Below are positions 61,451-64,000 of a DNA stretch of 64,000 nt, one piece after another. Made by a program: the position numbers and the translations under genes. The stretch comes from the human T2T-CHM13v2.0 reference genome, Homo sapiens: the NCBI RefSeq assembly GCF_009914755.1, contig NC_060929.1; one strand, given 5' to 3'. The notes below the pieces were generated by a model that worked only from the letters and a program-made list of their open reading frames with translations, was not told the DNA's origin and made no database searches. The number at the start of each line of letters is the position of its first letter. Within the stretch, counting starts at the first letter, position 1.

Positions 61451-62896
61451 GTGCATTAATAATTCTTATGTAGCAACTGAAACAAGATATTGAGAGACTT
61501 AAAATATTTATTTTGTGAACTCTTAAAGGGCACTCGGTGCTCAATAAGATGTTCACTTACTGGGAGTGAAGCATTAGACAAAAGACCATTATAAGACTTC
61601 TTTGAAGAATATCATTGTCCTATTTAAAGGTAATTATTTTGGGCAATATTTGTGAAATAAAAGGTAAGTTTTTCAGGCAGTGTTCTTCATTCATGGTCAG
61701 GAACAGCTTGCTTTTTGTCTAATGATGCTAGCTCATTTCTCCATACTCATGTGTCTTGCATTGTGGTCAACAATGATCATAAAATGAGCTCTTCTGTCTT
61801 TAGAAACTTCACACTACACAGATCCATCTGTTCCTTTTTACCTAAGCCGCGTTGGTCCTATGGCTTCCAGCTGTGTCTCAATTGCTAATTCATTCTTAAA
61901 GGAGATGGGTTGGCTAGATAACTTTAATAGCCTTGTTGATCATTCTATACCCTATGTTGACTTAGAATTATACGGTTTTCTCCAATTTAACTTTTTTTTT
62001 TTCTGGTAAGCTTTTCAGCTAGCTGTATTTTCTTAATTTTCAGATAAATTAAAAATAATACATTCTTTTCTTTTTTTGTAGATCCCTATATATGCTTTAG
62101 GTAATTGACAGCTTCTTACATTCTGTATGAAACAAGCTCCATTCTTTTTCTGATCCTCCAATGAAAACAATAAAGCCAAATATTCAAGCAATTAAAATAT
62201 TAAACTTGCTCTAGTTCAGTTGTGACATTAAAAAGTGCAAATATATGAAACAAAATAAACATGACTTATAATAAATTGAATTCTCCATCTCTGTGCAACT
62301 GGCATTAAAGGGAATACAACTTCAGCTATTATCTCTACTTACTGCTTTGTGAGCAGTTATCATAATAACTGGAAAATTACTCTTTCATCTCTTGATGTTT
62401 TACAAGTTAATCATTTAAAAATTTGTCTAGACATATATGACATTTATTTTTCATGGTTCTCAAAGACGTTGTCAACAGGAAGTCTCAGTTATTGCACATT
62501 TTATTTAATTGTTTGCTTGATTATTTCTTCCCTTCAATTCTGTCTGTTATCTCCCTGGGCATTCCTACTAAATAGATGACGTCTAGATTTCAACATAATT
62601 GAGAAAATATGAGAAACTCTCATATTTTAATCACTCGTGCTTATAATGATCCATTCAGGGAAAAATCTAGATATGTATAATAAGTACATATGTGTGTGTT
62701 AATGCTTAGAAATGAGACTAGGATATACTGTAATATATTAACAGTAATTAACTTTGGACTTTTTAATAGGTCCTTTTTTATTTTATTTTATTCTTCTGTG
62801 TCTGATTTGTCATCAAGGAAAGCCTTTTTGGGCTTGTTATTTCTCCCCCAAATCATGTATGTGCTTCTCATTGACTTCCTGAACTGTGTCTATGGG

Positions 62897-63677
62897 TAGA
62901 GCTGACTACATGGCCTTGAGACCAGTGCAGCAGTACATAGCCTCCTACTCAGAAGTTTAGGGTTTAATGCTCTGCAGTTGGCAGCTTAAAATTTTTAGCA
63001 ATTTTATCTTTGGATCTATATTTTGTTAAGTGGCATCAAATAAGACAGTGAAGAATACATGAAACCTGAGATCACACATAATCTTGCCTTCAAGTCTTGG
63101 CCTTCTGCTCTTGGCCATTTTGTGCACTTATTTCTCTCCTCCCTCACTTTATCTTCTATCCTGCTCTGTAACCACTGCCTCCTTTCCCCTTTAGTGGGTG
63201 CTTGGACATAGACATGAGGAAGGTCAAAGTCAGTTAAGGCTCAGGTGATGTGTGTTGTGTAGCCTCTGGGCATGGGGCATGGAAGTGCCCAAATCTGCCC
63301 AAGCTAGCAGCACCATGTTAGGAATGGTAGCCTGTGGGAAGCAGAGGTTTACTTCCCCATCATGGGCTGGGCAACGTGTGTTGGCTGGGTGACTGACAGT
63401 TGGAGAAATTCAGCTTCAGCAGTAAATGGATTGTGTGTGAAGCGTCATGGGACTAGGTCTCCCAGGGTGATTGTGAGGGTCTGAACTCATTTAGATACCA
63501 TTCTCATACCCAAGCAAGCATGATATTGTATAATGAAAAAAAATGATGCAGTTTGAGAGAGAAACCAGAAAAATATTTTCTATTTTAGTACCTTAAAATG
63601 CACCTTTTTCTGCTTTTTGAACATGGCCCCACATTTTCATTTTGCACTGGGCTCCATAAATCATGGACCTGGCTCTG
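62897..63677 (+). mobile_element. MER45-family hAT-Tip100 element (long form, MER45B/C-like)
   Basis: Left end GGTTTAATGCTCTGC; right end TTTTTGAACA.GGCCCCACATTTTCATTTTGCACTGGGCTCC. Confidence 0.78.
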
Positions 63678-64000
63678 CTTGTGATGCCCTTCAGATATCT
63701 CCCGTCAGAACCCAGTCTAGAGGGCTGATGGCATAGGTTTACATTGATCAGTATGGTCATCCATCTGCCTCAACTGTGAGGATCAGATAGGTAACCCCAG
63801 GGATCTTTCTTTCTGTAAAATTGATTCTTTCGAATCATTGAAACAACTGGTGTAAGCAAACTCAATTAAGTTTAAGGCATTTTACTGAGCAGTGGCTTAA
63901 TAAGGAGACAGTGATTTCCTTGTTAGGGATGTGTGGTTTCTTCCCCTCTTTGAGATGAGTTTCTCATGGCAAACTCCAGTTAGGGAGAAGCCCACCAACC

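Overview
This is primate (human-like) AT-rich nuclear DNA, probably intergenic or intronic, and dominated by transposable elements; by my annotation roughly 45% is LINE-1. Four long L1PA copies are present: + strand 1-5513 (5' end outside the window); an older full-length minus-strand copy at 22660-32885; a younger + strand copy nested inside it at 26524-30506; and a 5'-truncated minus-strand copy at 45506-50962. There are also a MaLR (MST) provirus, two solo THE1 LTRs, six Alus, old L1M/L1PB/L2/L3/MIR fragments and DNA-transposon fossils (MER58A, Tigger3, MER5A, MER45). I can support no cellular protein-coding gene, tRNA, rRNA or CRISPR array, and every long ORF is L1-derived. I found no demonstrably new biological system. 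The best leads are: (i) the L1-in-L1 nest, where the antisense ORF0 of the inner element runs open into the host ORF2; (ii) the inner element's doubly deleted body, which leaves an uninterrupted endonuclease-only ORF; and (iii) identical non-CpG substitutions shared by independent L1 copies. Subfamily names come from remembered consensus sequences and need Dfam/RepeatMasker confirmation.
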